Counted from the first letter of the stretch, positions 12,901 through 24,606 are shown. The stretch: DNA of 64,000 nucleotides from Escherichia coli (GCF_001677475.2 NZ_CP015229.1), one strand, 5' to 3'. Translations and numbers: made by a program. The notes: generated by a model not told the origin, from the letters alone.

Positions 12901-12932
12901 GTCACGTAAAGCTTGTCGAGTTGACGGGCGGC

Positions 12933-12961
12933 ATCATATGAATTCCGCCCGAATGTGTCAA
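12933..12961 (-). promoter_or_regulatory. Sigma70 promoter for tRNA-Ala
   Basis: On minus strand TTGACA (12961-12956), 17-nt spacer, TATGAT (12938-12933), followed by GC-rich discriminator typical of stable-RNA promoters. Confidence 0.6.
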
Positions 12962-13134
12962 CGGCAAATTGCAACGTGTAGTTTCAATCGCTGAAAAATC
13001 AGGCAAATGAACAATTTTGGAAAACCGCTCGCATTCAGTAGTTATTCATGTCACGGTTTCCTGTAAAGTGGTGTTATAAAATGAACTACTAATAGACCCC
13101 ATACATTCAGGGAATTGTTATGTTCAAGGAGAGG

Positions 13135-13479
13135 ATGACGCCAGATGAACTTGCCAGACTGACTGGCTATAGCCGCCAGACCATTAATAAATGGGTACGC
13201 AAGGAAGGCTGGACAACGTCACCAAAACCTGGCGTCCAGGGTGGCAAAGCCCGACTGGTTCACGTCAATGAACAGGTTCGTGAATATATTCGCAATGCTG
13301 AACGTCCGGAAAGTCAGGGAGAAACGCCTGCCCTTTCTGGTGATGCGCCGCTTGAAGTATTGCTGGTGACACTGGCGAAAGAGATGACGCCAGTCGAACA
13401 AAAACAGTTTACATCCTTACTTCTGCGGGAAGGGATTATCGGATTGTTACAACGCTTAGGGATTCGCGATAGCAAATAA
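13135..13479 (+). CDS. yfeC: Putative HTH DNA-binding protein YfeC
   Basis: ORF track starts 13120; AGGAG RBS supports ATG at 13135 (MTPDELARLTGYSRQTINKWVRKEGW), 114 aa; paralogous to adjacent yfeD. Confidence 0.85.
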   Translation: MTPDELARLTGYSRQTINKWVRKEGWTTSPKPGVQGGKARLVHVNEQVREYIRNAERPESQGETPALSGDAPLEVLLVTLAKEMTPVEQKQFTSLLLREGIIGLLQRLGIRDSK

Positions 13480-13480
13480 T

Positions 13481-13873
13481 ATGAAAAGATTACGCAATAA
13501 AATGACCACCGAAGAACTGGCTGAATGTCTCGGTGTGGCTAAACAAACTGTTAACCGTTGGATCAGAGAAAAAGGCTGGAAAACGGAAAAATTTCCCGGC
13601 GTGAAAGGCGGTCGTGCCAGACTTATTCTGGTCGATACGCAAGTTTGCGAGTTTATTCAGAACACGCCTGCGTTCCATAACACACCAATGTTGATGGAAG
13701 CTGAAGAGAGAATTGCTGAATACGCTCCTGGAGCACGCGCCCCGGCGTATCGACAAATCATCAACGCGATAGATAATATGACAGACATTGAGCAGGAAAA
13801 AGTCGCGCAATTTTTGTCACGTGAAGGAATTCGCAATTTCCTCGCCCGTCTCGATATTGACGAATCAGCATAA
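13481..13873 (+). CDS. yfeD: Putative HTH DNA-binding protein YfeD
   Basis: 130 aa; MKRLRNKMTTEELAECLGVAKQTVNRWIREKGW, clear paralogue of YfeC. Confidence 0.85.
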   Translation: MKRLRNKMTTEELAECLGVAKQTVNRWIREKGWKTEKFPGVKGGRARLILVDTQVCEFIQNTPAFHNTPMLMEAEERIAEYAPGARAPAYRQIINAIDNMTDIEQEKVAQFLSREGIRNFLARLDIDESA

Positions 13874-13875
13874 AT

Positions 13876-13915
13876 AAAAAACGGCAGGATATTATCTCCT
13901 GCCGTTTATCTTTTT
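13876..13915. terminator. Bidirectional terminator between yfeD and gltX
   Basis: AAAAAACGGCAGGATATTATCTCCTGCCGTTTATCTTTTT hairpin with flanking A/T runs. Confidence 0.8.
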
Positions 13916-13924
13916 ACACGCTAA

Positions 13925-15340
13925 TTACTGCTGATTTTCGCGTTCAGCAATAAAGGCCAGCGCTTTGTTGATACGCTCAATGCTACGTGTCTTACCGATC
14001 GCGTGAACGGTAACATCCAGTGCTGGAGACTGCCCCGCACCGGTTACGGCGACACGCAGCGGCATACCAACTTTACCCATACCCACTTCCAACTCATCCG
14101 CCGTCGCCTGAATAGCGTGATGAACGTTTTCAGCGGTCCAGTCAGTAATCGCGGCCAGTTTGTCACGAACCACTTCCAGCGGCTGACGCGCTACCGGACG
14201 CAGATGTTTTTTCGCGGCGTCGGCATCGAACTCTGCAAAATCTTCGTAGAAATAACGGCAGCTCTGTGCCATCTCTTTCAGCGTCTTGCAGCGTTCGCCC
14301 AGCAGTTTCACCAGATCAGCCAGCTGCGGGCCGTTACGGGTATCGATATTTTCCTGCTCAATGTGCCACTGTAAGTGAGTAGCAACATACTCCGGCGGCA
14401 GCGCGTTAATGTAGTGATGGTTCAGCCACAGCAACTTGTCGGTGTTGAACGCACTGGCAGATTTGCTGACGGCATTCAAAGTGAAGTATTTGATCATCTC
14501 TTCACGAGTGAAGATTTCCTGATCGCCGTGGGACCAGCCCAGACGCACCAGATAGTTCAGCAGTGCTTCTGGCAAATAACCGTCATCACGGTACTGCATT
14601 ACGCTGACCGCCCCGTGACGTTTGGACAGTTTTTTACCGTCATCGCCGTTGATCATAGAAACGTGCGCGTAAACCGGCACCGGCGCTTTCAGGGCTTTAA
14701 GAATGTTGATCTGGCGCGGCGTGTTGTTGATATGGTCTTCGCCACGGATAACATGGGTGATTTCCATATCCCAGTCATCAACAACCACACAGAAGTTATA
14801 GGTTGGGGAACCATCGGTACGGCGAATGATCAGATCATCCAGCTCCTGGTTGCTGAACTCAATCGGGCCACGGATCTGATCGTCAAAAACAACAGAACCT
14901 TCCTGCGGGTTAGCAAAACGTACAACGCACGGTTCATCATCAGCATGATGCTCATGGCTGTGGCGGCAGCGACCGTCATAACGCGGCTTCTCACCTTTCG
15001 CCATTTGTTCTTCGCGCAGCGCTTCCAGGCGCTCTTTAGAGCAATAGCATTTATAAGCAGTGCCCTCTTCCAGCATCTGATCGATCACCGCGTTGTAGCG
15101 ATCAAAACGTTTGGTCTGGAAGTACGGACCTTCATCCCACTCCAGGCTCAGCCAGTTCATGCCATCCATAATGGCTTCGATAGCTTCCGGCGTGGAACGC
15201 TCAAGATCGGTGTCTTCAATACGCAGCACGAACTCACCGCCGTGGTTACGTGCAAAAAGCCAGGAGTAAAGAGCAGTACGCGCGCCGCCAACGTGCAGAT
15301 AGCCTGTTGGGCTTGGCGCGAAGCGAGTTTTGATTTTCAT
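13925..15340 (-). CDS. gltX: Glutamyl-tRNA synthetase
   Basis: 471 aa; N-terminus [27 protein letters not shown] (HIGH motif), KLSKR (KMSKS-like) motif present. Confidence 0.97.
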
Positions 15341-15553
15341 GAAATGGCCTTACGTTTAGAAAGATGCCGACAACCGGCAAATCCTGGAAAAATTGAGTGG
15401 GCGATATTCTATCACTCCCGCCTGATTCCTCAATGTAGTTCGGGTTTCTACCTTAAGCATTATTGTTTTCGTTGACAAATTGCGCAACACGGTCTGTTTT
15501 GCGATCATCTTGCTTAAATTTACGACGAACGAACAATTTCTTTAGAAAATGCG

Positions 15554-15581
15554 TTGACTCATTTTGAACTCTCCCTATAAT
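15554..15581 (+). promoter_or_regulatory. Sigma70 promoter of the Val-Val-Lys tRNA operon
   Basis: TTGACT (15554-15559), 16-nt spacer, TATAAT (15576-15581), GC-rich discriminator GCGACTCC, AT-rich upstream region. Confidence 0.7.
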
Positions 15582-15598
15582 GCGACTCCACACAGCGG

Positions 15599-15674
15599 GG
15601 GTGATTAGCTCAGCTGGGAGAGCACCTCCCTTACAAGGAGGGGGTCGGCGGTTCGATCCCGTCATCACCCACCA
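15599..15674 (+). tRNA. valU: tRNA-Val (UAC)
   Basis: GGGTGATTAGCTCAGCTGGGAGAGCACCTCCCTTACAAGGAGGGGGTCGGCGGTTCGATCCCGTCATCACCCACCA, 76 nt. Confidence 0.95.
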
Positions 15675-15718
15675 ACTACTTTATGTAGTCTCCGCCGTGT
15701 AGCAAGAAATTGAGAAGT

Positions 15719-15794
15719 GGGTGATTAGCTCAGCTGGGAGAGCACCTCCCTTACAAGGAGGGGGTCGGCGGTTCGATCCCGTCATCACCCACCA
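15719..15794 (+). tRNA. valX: tRNA-Val (UAC), second identical copy
   Basis: Identical 76-nt sequence to the first Val tRNA after a 44-nt spacer. Confidence 0.95.
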
Positions 15795-15798
15795 CTTC

Positions 15799-15874
15799 GG
15801 GTCGTTAGCTCAGTTGGTAGAGCAGTTGACTTTTAATCAATTGGTCGCAGGTTCGAATCCTGCACGACCCACCA
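15799..15874 (+). tRNA. lysV: tRNA-Lys (UUU)
   Basis: GGGTCGTTAGCTCAGTTGGTAGAGCAGTTGACTTTTAATCAATTGGTCGCAGGTTCGAATCCTGCACGACCCACCA, 4 nt after the second Val tRNA. Confidence 0.95.
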
Positions 15875-15878
15875 ATGT

Positions 15879-15907
15879 AAAAAAGCGCCCTAAAGGCGCT
15901 TTTTTGC
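15879..15907 (+). terminator. Intrinsic terminator of the tRNA operon
   Basis: AAAAAAGCGCCCTAAAGGCGCTTTTTTGC hairpin plus T-run. Confidence 0.85.
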
Positions 15908-15982
15908 TATCTGCGATTTGCGAAATTGCCTGATGCGCTTCACTTAGCAGACTACTATTTCCGGCAATTCCTGTCTCCTCAC

Positions 15983-16867
15983 CTACTGTGTCAATGCAGC
16001 CAACAGCTTAACCATCGCGGGCGTCACCTGCTGTGTTTCATAAACAATATATAAATCTGCAGGGATGCGCTGTTTGAGCGGACGGAAAATGACACCTGGC
16101 CAGTTCATTTGTGCGTAGCTGTCCGCTATCAATGTGATACCAATGCCCATACTGACCATGGCGAGTACCGTTTGCGGTTCATTAACTTCGCGAATAACAA
16201 CCGGTGAAAATCCCACCTGCTGGCAAACTCGCTGCAAAAAATCCCAGTCAGTGTACACGGGCGGCATTGTAACAAAATACTCGTCACGTAGCGCTTCCAG
16301 CGGGACGGTGGAAAATGATGAGAAATGATGCTCTTCAGGCATCGCCACCAGAAACGCCGATTCATGCAACCGTAAGCTGGTAAAACCTGCAGGTGGTTCT
16401 GTTGCCATTCGCCAGATACCGGCATCGAGTTCACGTCGTTCCAGCAGGGTCATTTGCATCGCGGGCATCTTTTCGCGAAAAAGAACGTCAACGTTAGGAT
16501 TTTCCCTGAGGAATCGCCGCATAACCGGGCGCATCCGTCCCCACATTGCCGTTCCCACTACGCCGAGTTCAATCCGCCCTGCTTCTCCCCGACCTATTTG
16601 TTCAACCCGAGCCAATACATTATTAGCATTCACCAGCAATCGACGCGATTCTTCCATCAAGATTTTGCCCGCGTGTGTCAGTACGACGCTGCGCGAATGG
16701 CGAATAAAAAGCTGCGTGCCGAGTTGATTTTCCAGCTCTTTAATATGAATACTGAGCGGAGGCTGAGACATATTTAAACGCGCTGCTGCGCGACCAAAAT
16801 GCAACTCTTCCGCTACGGCAAGAAAATAACGGAGCAACTTAAGATCTGTTCTGTATACGCGTTCCAT
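15983..16867 (-). CDS. xapR: LysR-family activator of xanthosine catabolism XapR
   Basis: ORF track 299 aa; start chosen at MERVYRTDLKLLRYFLAVAEELHFGRAAARLNMSQPPLS (294 aa), LysR HTH. Confidence 0.9.
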   Translation of the reverse strand: MERVYRTDLKLLRYFLAVAEELHFGRAAARLNMSQPPLSIHIKELENQLGTQLFIRHSRSVVLTHAGKILMEESRRLLVNANNVLARVEQIGRGEAGRIELGVVGTAMWGRMRPVMRRFLRENPNVDVLFREKMPAMQMTLLERRELDAGIWRMATEPPAGFTSLRLHESAFLVAMPEEHHFSSFSTVPLEALRDEYFVTMPPVYTDWDFLQRVCQQVGFSPVVIREVNEPQTVLAMVSMGIGITLIADSYAQMNWPGVIFRPLKQRIPADLYIVYETQQVTPAMVKLLAALTQ

Positions 16868-17087
16868 AATTAAGTGCTCCATATAATAAATACATCGTAT
16901 TAAATTATCATGGCATAAAGTATTTCACCACCAGATATCCGACATACATAAACACAATGGATAATATACCTGGTAATACATTTGGTACAGGAATAGGCAA
17001 GCGCACGATTGTAAACAAAGCACCAATGCCAAAACCAACGCCGGAAGAAAATAAAATATCTTTCACTAATTAACCTTTATCATAAAA

Positions 17088-17110
17088 GCAGCTCTGAAGA
17101 GCAGAGCTGC
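17088..17110 (-). terminator. Terminator hairpin downstream of xapB
   Basis: GCAGCTCTG-AAGA-GCAGAGCTGC inverted repeat followed by a T-run on the minus strand. Confidence 0.6.
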
Positions 17111-17118
17111 GAATCCTT

Positions 17119-18375
17119 TTAATGAGCCACCGCTCGATGCTTTATCTTTTCAGGGTCATGATTATATTTAAACCCAAAGAAAAATATCACTGCGAGAAAA
17201 AGAGCATATCCTGCAAACACCAGCCAGATAGTTTGCCAGTCTTTTACGCCATCCACCGAAAAGTAATCTACTGCCATACCGCTCAGAATCGAGCCAATCC
17301 ATGCGCCGACACCATTTACCATGGTCATAAAGAGCCCCTGCGCGCTGGCACGAATGCTGGAATCAACTTCCTGTTCGACAAATACCGAACCAGAAATATT
17401 GAAGAAATCGAATGCACAGCCATAAACAATCATCGACAGCAGCAGCAAAATAAATCCGGTTGTTGACGGATCGCCATAGGCGAAGAAGCCAAAGCGCAGC
17501 GTCCAGGCCACCATACTCATCAGCATGACGGTTTTAATTCCAAATCGCTTTAAAAAGAATGGGATAGTCAGTATAAAGCCCACTTCTGCCATCTGTGAAA
17601 CCGACAGTAAAATGGAGGGATATTTCACCACAAAACTGTCAGCAAACTCCGGGTTACGGGCGAAATCATGTAGGAACGGATTACCAAAAACGTTGGTAAT
17701 TTGCAGTACCGCACCCAGCATCATGGCAAAGAGGAAAAAGATGGCCATGCGTGGATTTTTAAACAGCACGAAGGCATCCAGACCCAGCTTGCTGGCAAGC
17801 GATGTGGTCGTTTTTTTCTCCGCAACCGGAATCTTCGGCAAAGTCAGCGCATAAGCCGACAGCAGCAATGACGCACCGGACGCGATATACAGCTGCAGAC
17901 TACTCAATTCCAGATGCAGCAGGCTTACTGCCCACATCGCGACAATGAACCCCACCGTACCAAAAACGCGAATGGGCGGGAAAGCGGTCACCGGGTCAAG
18001 CCCTGCCTGGGCAAGACAGGAATAAGAGACGCTGTTCGATAACGCAATAGTCGGCATAAACGCCATCGCATTGACTAACATCACCCAAAACATCATATCC
18101 GGATCAGTTACGGATGCCGCATAAAAAAGTACGCCCGCACACACCAGGTGACATAGCATGTATGCACGTTCTGCGCGCAGCCATTTGTCTGCGATGATCC
18201 CCATTATACCAGGCATAATAATCGCGGCGATCCCTTTGGAACTGTAAACCATGCCAACATTAGCGCCGGTGAAATGAAGGGTATTAATCATGTAAGAACC
18301 GAGGGTAACCAGCCAGCTCCCCCAGATAAAATATTGCAAAAAGGACATTACCTTTAAGCGCAAAGCGATGCTCAT
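17119..18375 (-). CDS. xapB: Xanthosine permease XapB (MFS nucleoside:H+ symporter family)
   Basis: 418 aa, 12-TM-like ORF; MSIALRLKVMSFLQYFIWGSWLVTLGSYM. Confidence 0.95.
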   Translation of the reverse strand: MSIALRLKVMSFLQYFIWGSWLVTLGSYMINTLHFTGANVGMVYSSKGIAAIIMPGIMGIIADKWLRAERAYMLCHLVCAGVLFYAASVTDPDMMFWVMLVNAMAFMPTIALSNSVSYSCLAQAGLDPVTAFPPIRVFGTVGFIVAMWAVSLLHLELSSLQLYIASGASLLLSAYALTLPKIPVAEKKTTTSLASKLGLDAFVLFKNPRMAIFFLFAMMLGAVLQITNVFGNPFLHDFARNPEFADSFVVKYPSILLSVSQMAEVGFILTIPFFLKRFGIKTVMLMSMVAWTLRFGFFAYGDPSTTGFILLLLSMIVYGCAFDFFNISGSVFVEQEVDSSIRASAQGLFMTMVNGVGAWIGSILSGMAVDYFSVDGVKDWQTIWLVFAGYALFLAVIFFFGFKYNHDPEKIKHRAVAH

Positions 18376-18435
18376 AATCGTTTCCTTGTCGCATCATATG
18401 GCCTCACTCAGTGAGGCCGTTTATTGTTGTTTTAC

Positions 18436-19269
18436 TCAGGCAATTTTGCGCAGAAAGCCGCAAATAAGATTAATAAAGTTTTGCTTTGAGAGTTCCGCTG
18501 CTGCCAGCGTTTGGGCATGAGAAAGCTTCACGTCACTCAGACCTTCCGCCATGTTGGTAATCGCAGAGACCGCAACGACTTTAAGGTCGCAATGGCGAGC
18601 TGAAATAACCTCAGGCACCACAGACATACCAACAACATCCCCACCAATAATTTGCATCATGCGAATTTCCGCCGCAGTCTCGAAATTCGGCCCCGGATAC
18701 GAGACGAACACGCCCTCCGTCAGAGAGAAACCCTCTTCTTTTGCCACTTTTTGTAACAGTGCGCGGTATTCCGCATCGTAGGCATTTGCCAGTGAGAAGA
18801 AACGCTCGCCAAAACGATCATCGTTAAGACCCACCATCGGCGTACCTGGCATGGCGTTGATATGATCTTTCAATGCGACCAGGCTGCCTGCCCCCACTTC
18901 CGGACGCAGCGAGCCTGCCGCATTGGTGCAGAACAGTAGCTCGCAGCCCAGCAGCTTAAAGGTACGAATTGCGTCAGTCATAATGGTCATTCCACGACCT
19001 TCGTAGAAATGTCCGCGACCTTTCATACATACCACCGGTACGCCCTGGAGATGGCCCAGCACTAACTCCCCCGCATGACCATGTACCGTACTTACCGGGA
19101 AGCCCGGCAGCTTTTCGTAGGAAATTGCGACAGCGTTCTCAATCTGATCGGCCAGCGCGCCCAGCCCGGAACCTAAAATAAAGGCCACTCGTGGCGTGAA
19201 ATCAGGTTTATAAGTCTTGATAATATCTATGCAAAACAGCGGGTTATGAGAAAATTGAACCTGAGGCAT
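18436..19269 (-). CDS. xapA: Xanthosine (purine nucleoside) phosphorylase II
   Basis: 277 aa; PNP-family motifs (GSGLG, hexameric/trimeric PNP fold signature). Confidence 0.95.
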   Translation of the reverse strand: MPQVQFSHNPLFCIDIIKTYKPDFTPRVAFILGSGLGALADQIENAVAISYEKLPGFPVSTVHGHAGELVLGHLQGVPVVCMKGRGHFYEGRGMTIMTDAIRTFKLLGCELLFCTNAAGSLRPEVGAGSLVALKDHINAMPGTPMVGLNDDRFGERFFSLANAYDAEYRALLQKVAKEEGFSLTEGVFVSYPGPNFETAAEIRMMQIIGGDVVGMSVVPEVISARHCDLKVVAVSAITNMAEGLSDVKLSHAQTLAAAELSKQNFINLICGFLRKIA

Positions 19270-19517
19270 ATATATCCTTTTTCTGTAGGGTGGAATCTAA
19301 CGCCTTTTTATAGCGAGGTTGTCCCGGCTCTTACCAATACACTTTTCTCACGCATTCAATAGCGATTCGATATCGATGGATTTATATCTTTTCTCTATTA
19401 ATCCACGGTAAAAACTGTATTGGCGATATTAATTCCTTTGCATTAACAATATGTCGTTTTTAGCAAACCACTTTATTAAGCAATCTACTAATAACGATCG
19501 GCATAGGGAATTATGCT

Positions 19518-20282
19518 ATGAAAAAACATCTTTTAACTCTGACACTTTCCTCTATATTAGCGATACCTGTTATATCTCATGCAGAATTTAAAGGCGGTTT
19601 TGCAGATATCGGCGTGCATTATCTGGACTGGACCAGCCGGACTACCGAAAAATCGTCGACCAAATCACACAAAGATGATTTTGGTTATCTTGAAATTGAA
19701 GGTGGCGCTAACTTTAGTTGGGGAGAAATGTACGGGTTCTTCGACTGGGAAAACTTCTATAACGGTCGCCATAATAAACCAGGTAGCGAGCAGCGTTATA
19801 CCTTTAAAAATACCAACCGTATTTACCTGGGTGACACCGGATTTAATCTTTACCTGCACACGTATGGCACCTACGGGTCTGCGAATCGTGTGAATTTCCA
19901 CGACGATATGTTCCTGTACGGTGTCGGCTACAATTTCACCGGCAGCGGTTGGTGGTTCAAACCGTTCTTTGCTAAGCGTTATACAGATCAAACCTATTAC
20001 ACTGGCGACAACGGCTATGTCGCCGGCTGGGTTGCAGGTTACAACTTTATGCTGGGCAGCGAGAAATTCACTCTTACCAACTGGAACGAGTACGAGTTTG
20101 ACCGTGACGCTACCTATGCAGCGGGTAATGGCGGTAAAGAAGGGCTGAATGGCGCAGTTGCACTGTGGTGGAATGCAACATCACACATCACTACGGGGAT
20201 TCAGTATCGATATGCGGATGACAAACTGGGCGAAGATTTTTACCAGGATGCGATAATCTACTCCATCAAATTTAACTTCTGA
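19518..20282 (+). CDS. yfeN: Putative outer-membrane beta-barrel protein YfeN (Tsx-like)
   Basis: 254 aa; signal peptide MKKHLLTLTLSSILAIPVISHA; aromatic-rich strands and C-terminal ...IKFNF typical of OMP barrels. Confidence 0.85.
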   Translation: MKKHLLTLTLSSILAIPVISHAEFKGGFADIGVHYLDWTSRTTEKSSTKSHKDDFGYLEIEGGANFSWGEMYGFFDWENFYNGRHNKPGSEQRYTFKNTNRIYLGDTGFNLYLHTYGTYGSANRVNFHDDMFLYGVGYNFTGSGWWFKPFFAKRYTDQTYYTGDNGYVAGWVAGYNFMLGSEKFTLTNWNEYEFDRDATYAAGNGGKEGLNGAVALWWNATSHITTGIQYRYADDKLGEDFYQDAIIYSIKFNF

Positions 20283-20320
20283 TTGATTCCTGCCGGGGCT
20301 CCCGGCAGTATGAATTCACT

Positions 20321-21247
20321 CTATATCTGATACAACGGATCCCCTTCCCGCCCAGCCATTAGCGCATGGCCCTGGTCTCGTACCACGTCCCATAACGCTT
20401 GTGCGGCGGTGGAAAGTGAACGGTTCTTCCTGCGCACCAGCATCAACTGGCGTTCCACCACCGGCGTAATGCGCTTTACCACCAGCGGGCTACCTTCAGG
20501 TAACGGCAGCGCCAGTGCGGGAAGAATACTGATGCCGATGCCTGCGGCTACCATCGGGAACAGCGTCGCCGGATGTCCAATCTCCTGCACAATATTCGCC
20601 TGAATACCATTGCGCGCCAGCGCTGCGTCAATCAGCGGTCGGCTGCCTGACGCGTAATCCTGCAACACCAATTTCGCTCCCTGTAATGCCTGCCAGGGTA
20701 CATAATCTTCCACGGCCAAAGCGCTATCGCGATGGCAAAGCAGAAAGAAAGGCTCGGAAAGAATCGCTTCACATTGCAGATCGCCCACTGGGCCTGGATC
20801 GATGACGATGCCAAAGTCGACATCTCCCTGGCGAATACTTTCCATCACCCACTGCTGCGGACGATCGTGCAGGACAAACTGAATATCTGGATAGCGGCGA
20901 TGGCTTTCAGCAATGCATTGCGGAATAAGATGCGCGGAAATGGTCTGGCTGGCAGCGACGCGAACTTTTCCGCTCAGTTGTTGCCCCATACGCCCGGTAT
21001 CGCGCAACGTACTGTTAAGTTCATCCAGTAGTCGCTCAAGACGCAAAGCCAACTGCTGCCCTGCATCTGTAAGCACCACTTCACGCGTGGTTCTGTCCAG
21101 CAGGCGAACACCAGTATGATTTTCCAGCTCCTTCACACTGTGACTCACTGCCGACTGGCTCAGGCCGATACGCTCTCCTGCACGACTAAAACTTTTCTCC
21201 TGCGCTACTGTGACGAAAACCTTTAATTGTTTTAAAGAATAATTCAT
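20321..21247 (-). CDS. yfeR: LysR-family transcriptional regulator YfeR
   Basis: 308 aa; N-terminal LysR HTH ([38 protein letters not shown]). Confidence 0.9.
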   Translation of the reverse strand: MNYSLKQLKVFVTVAQEKSFSRAGERIGLSQSAVSHSVKELENHTGVRLLDRTTREVVLTDAGQQLALRLERLLDELNSTLRDTGRMGQQLSGKVRVAASQTISAHLIPQCIAESHRRYPDIQFVLHDRPQQWVMESIRQGDVDFGIVIDPGPVGDLQCEAILSEPFFLLCHRDSALAVEDYVPWQALQGAKLVLQDYASGSRPLIDAALARNGIQANIVQEIGHPATLFPMVAAGIGISILPALALPLPEGSPLVVKRITPVVERQLMLVRRKNRSLSTAAQALWDVVRDQGHALMAGREGDPLYQI

Positions 21248-21336
21248 CTGTTTTCTTCATGAATGGATGCAATAAATCAATTTTATTTCTCAAACTGGAA
21301 GAAGCACAATAGAACCATCGATCATCTGGAGTCTTT

Positions 21337-22335
21337 ATGAAACTTTTTCGTATCCTCGATCCTTTCACCTTAACCCTGATCACGGTGGTGTTGCTGGCCT
21401 CTTTCTTTCCGGCCAGAGGCGATTTCGTCCCCTTCTTTGAAAATCTGACCACCGCAGCTATTGCCCTGCTGTTCTTTATGCACGGCGCGAAGTTGTCGCG
21501 TGAGGCGATTATTGCTGGCGGTGGTCACTGGCGACTGCATTTGTGGGTAATGTGCAGCACCTTCGTGCTGTTTCCGATTCTGGGTGTACTGTTTGCCTGG
21601 TGGAAACCGGTAAATGTCGACCCGATGCTCTACTCCGGTTTTCTCTACTTGTGCATTCTCCCCGCTACCGTGCAGTCTGCAATCGCCTTCACGTCAATGG
21701 CGGGCGGTAACGTCGCGGCGGCGGTTTGTTCTGCGTCAGCATCCAGCCTGCTGGGGATTTTCCTTTCGCCATTGCTGGTTGGCCTGGTGATGAATGTTCA
21801 CGGTGCAGGGGGCAGCCTTGAACAGGTCGGTAAAATTATGCTGCAACTGCTGCTGCCGTTTGTGTTGGGGCATCTTTCCCGGCCGTGGATTGGTGACTGG
21901 GTGTCGCGCAATAAAAAATGGATTGCGAAAACTGACCAGACGTCCATTCTGTTGGTGGTTTATACAGCGTTCAGCGAAGCCGTCGTTAATGGTATCTGGC
22001 ATAAAGTTGGCTGGGGATCATTGCTGTTTATCGTGGTGGTCAGCTGCGTTCTTCTGGCTATCGTGATTGTAGTTAACGTCTTTATGGCACGCCGACTGGG
22101 CTTCAATAAAGCAGATGAAATTACTATCGTCTTTTGTGGTTCGAAAAAGAGTCTGGCAAATGGCATCCCGATGGCAAACATTCTGTTCCCCACAGCGGTG
22201 ATCGGTATGATGGTGCTGCCCCTGATGATTTTCCATCAGATCCAATTGATGGTCTGTGCGGTGCTGGCGCGTCGATACAAACGCCAGACCGAACAGTTAC
22301 AGGCGCAGCAGAAAAGCCGCGCCAATAAAGCTTAA
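21337..22335 (+). CDS. yfeH: BASS-family (bile acid:Na+ symporter-like) transporter YfeH
   Basis: 332 aa polytopic membrane ORF, divergent from yfeR. Confidence 0.85.
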   Translation: MKLFRILDPFTLTLITVVLLASFFPARGDFVPFFENLTTAAIALLFFMHGAKLSREAIIAGGGHWRLHLWVMCSTFVLFPILGVLFAWWKPVNVDPMLYSGFLYLCILPATVQSAIAFTSMAGGNVAAAVCSASASSLLGIFLSPLLVGLVMNVHGAGGSLEQVGKIMLQLLLPFVLGHLSRPWIGDWVSRNKKWIAKTDQTSILLVVYTAFSEAVVNGIWHKVGWGSLLFIVVVSCVLLAIVIVVNVFMARRLGFNKADEITIVFCGSKKSLANGIPMANILFPTAVIGMMVLPLMIFHQIQLMVCAVLARRYKRQTEQLQAQQKSRANKA

Positions 22336-22550
22336 AGCGGACGCTTCAGGGGCTGGACCAGTTGCGTCAGCCCCTCAGTTTTAATCAGCAGCGTGATTTG
22401 CATTAGCTCACCGAGCTTCCCTGCCGGGAACTCATCTTTGCGGGCAAACCACAGAAGATACTCCTCCGGCAGGTCGATTAAGCGACGCCCTTTGTATTTG
22501 CCAAACGGCATTATCGTATTGGCTATTTCAATCAGCTGCTCTTTTTCCAT
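22332..22550 (-). CDS. ypeB: Small protein YpeB (DUF3820)
   Basis: ORF track 103 aa would overlap ligA; the start consistent with ligA stop is MEKEQLIEIANTIMPFGKYKGRRLIDL (72 aa). Confidence 0.75.
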   Translation of the reverse strand: MEKEQLIEIANTIMPFGKYKGRRLIDLPEEYLLWFARKDEFPAGKLGELMQITLLIKTEGLTQLVQPLKRPL

Positions 22551-22551
22551 C

Positions 22552-24576
<2,025 letters not shown>

Positions 24577-24581
24577 TCAAT

Positions 24582-24606
24582 GCTAAAAACCCCCGACAAG
24601 CGGGGG
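24582..24606 (-). terminator. Terminator-like hairpin between zipA and ligA
   Basis: On minus strand CCCCCG-CTTGT-CGGGGG followed by TTTTTAGC, ending about 14 nt before the ligA ATG. Confidence 0.5.

Noticed and set aside
12909-12945. Cluster of HindIII (AAGCTT), NdeI (CATATG) and EcoRI (GAATTC) sites within 40 bp, which could suggest a cloning scar
   Set aside because: The NdeI/EcoRI sequence coincides with a well-spaced -10 hexamer (TATGAT) 17 nt from a TTGACA -35 of the tRNA-Ala promoter, and there are no other vector-like sequences (no FRT, loxP or polylinker). Most likely coincidence in native sequence.
14375-15475. 366-aa plus-strand ORF with no stop codons for 1.1 kb
   Set aside because: It lies entirely antisense to gltX, has no RBS or promoter context, and its translation is low-complexity. 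Long shadow ORFs opposite highly expressed, codon-biased genes are a common artefact.
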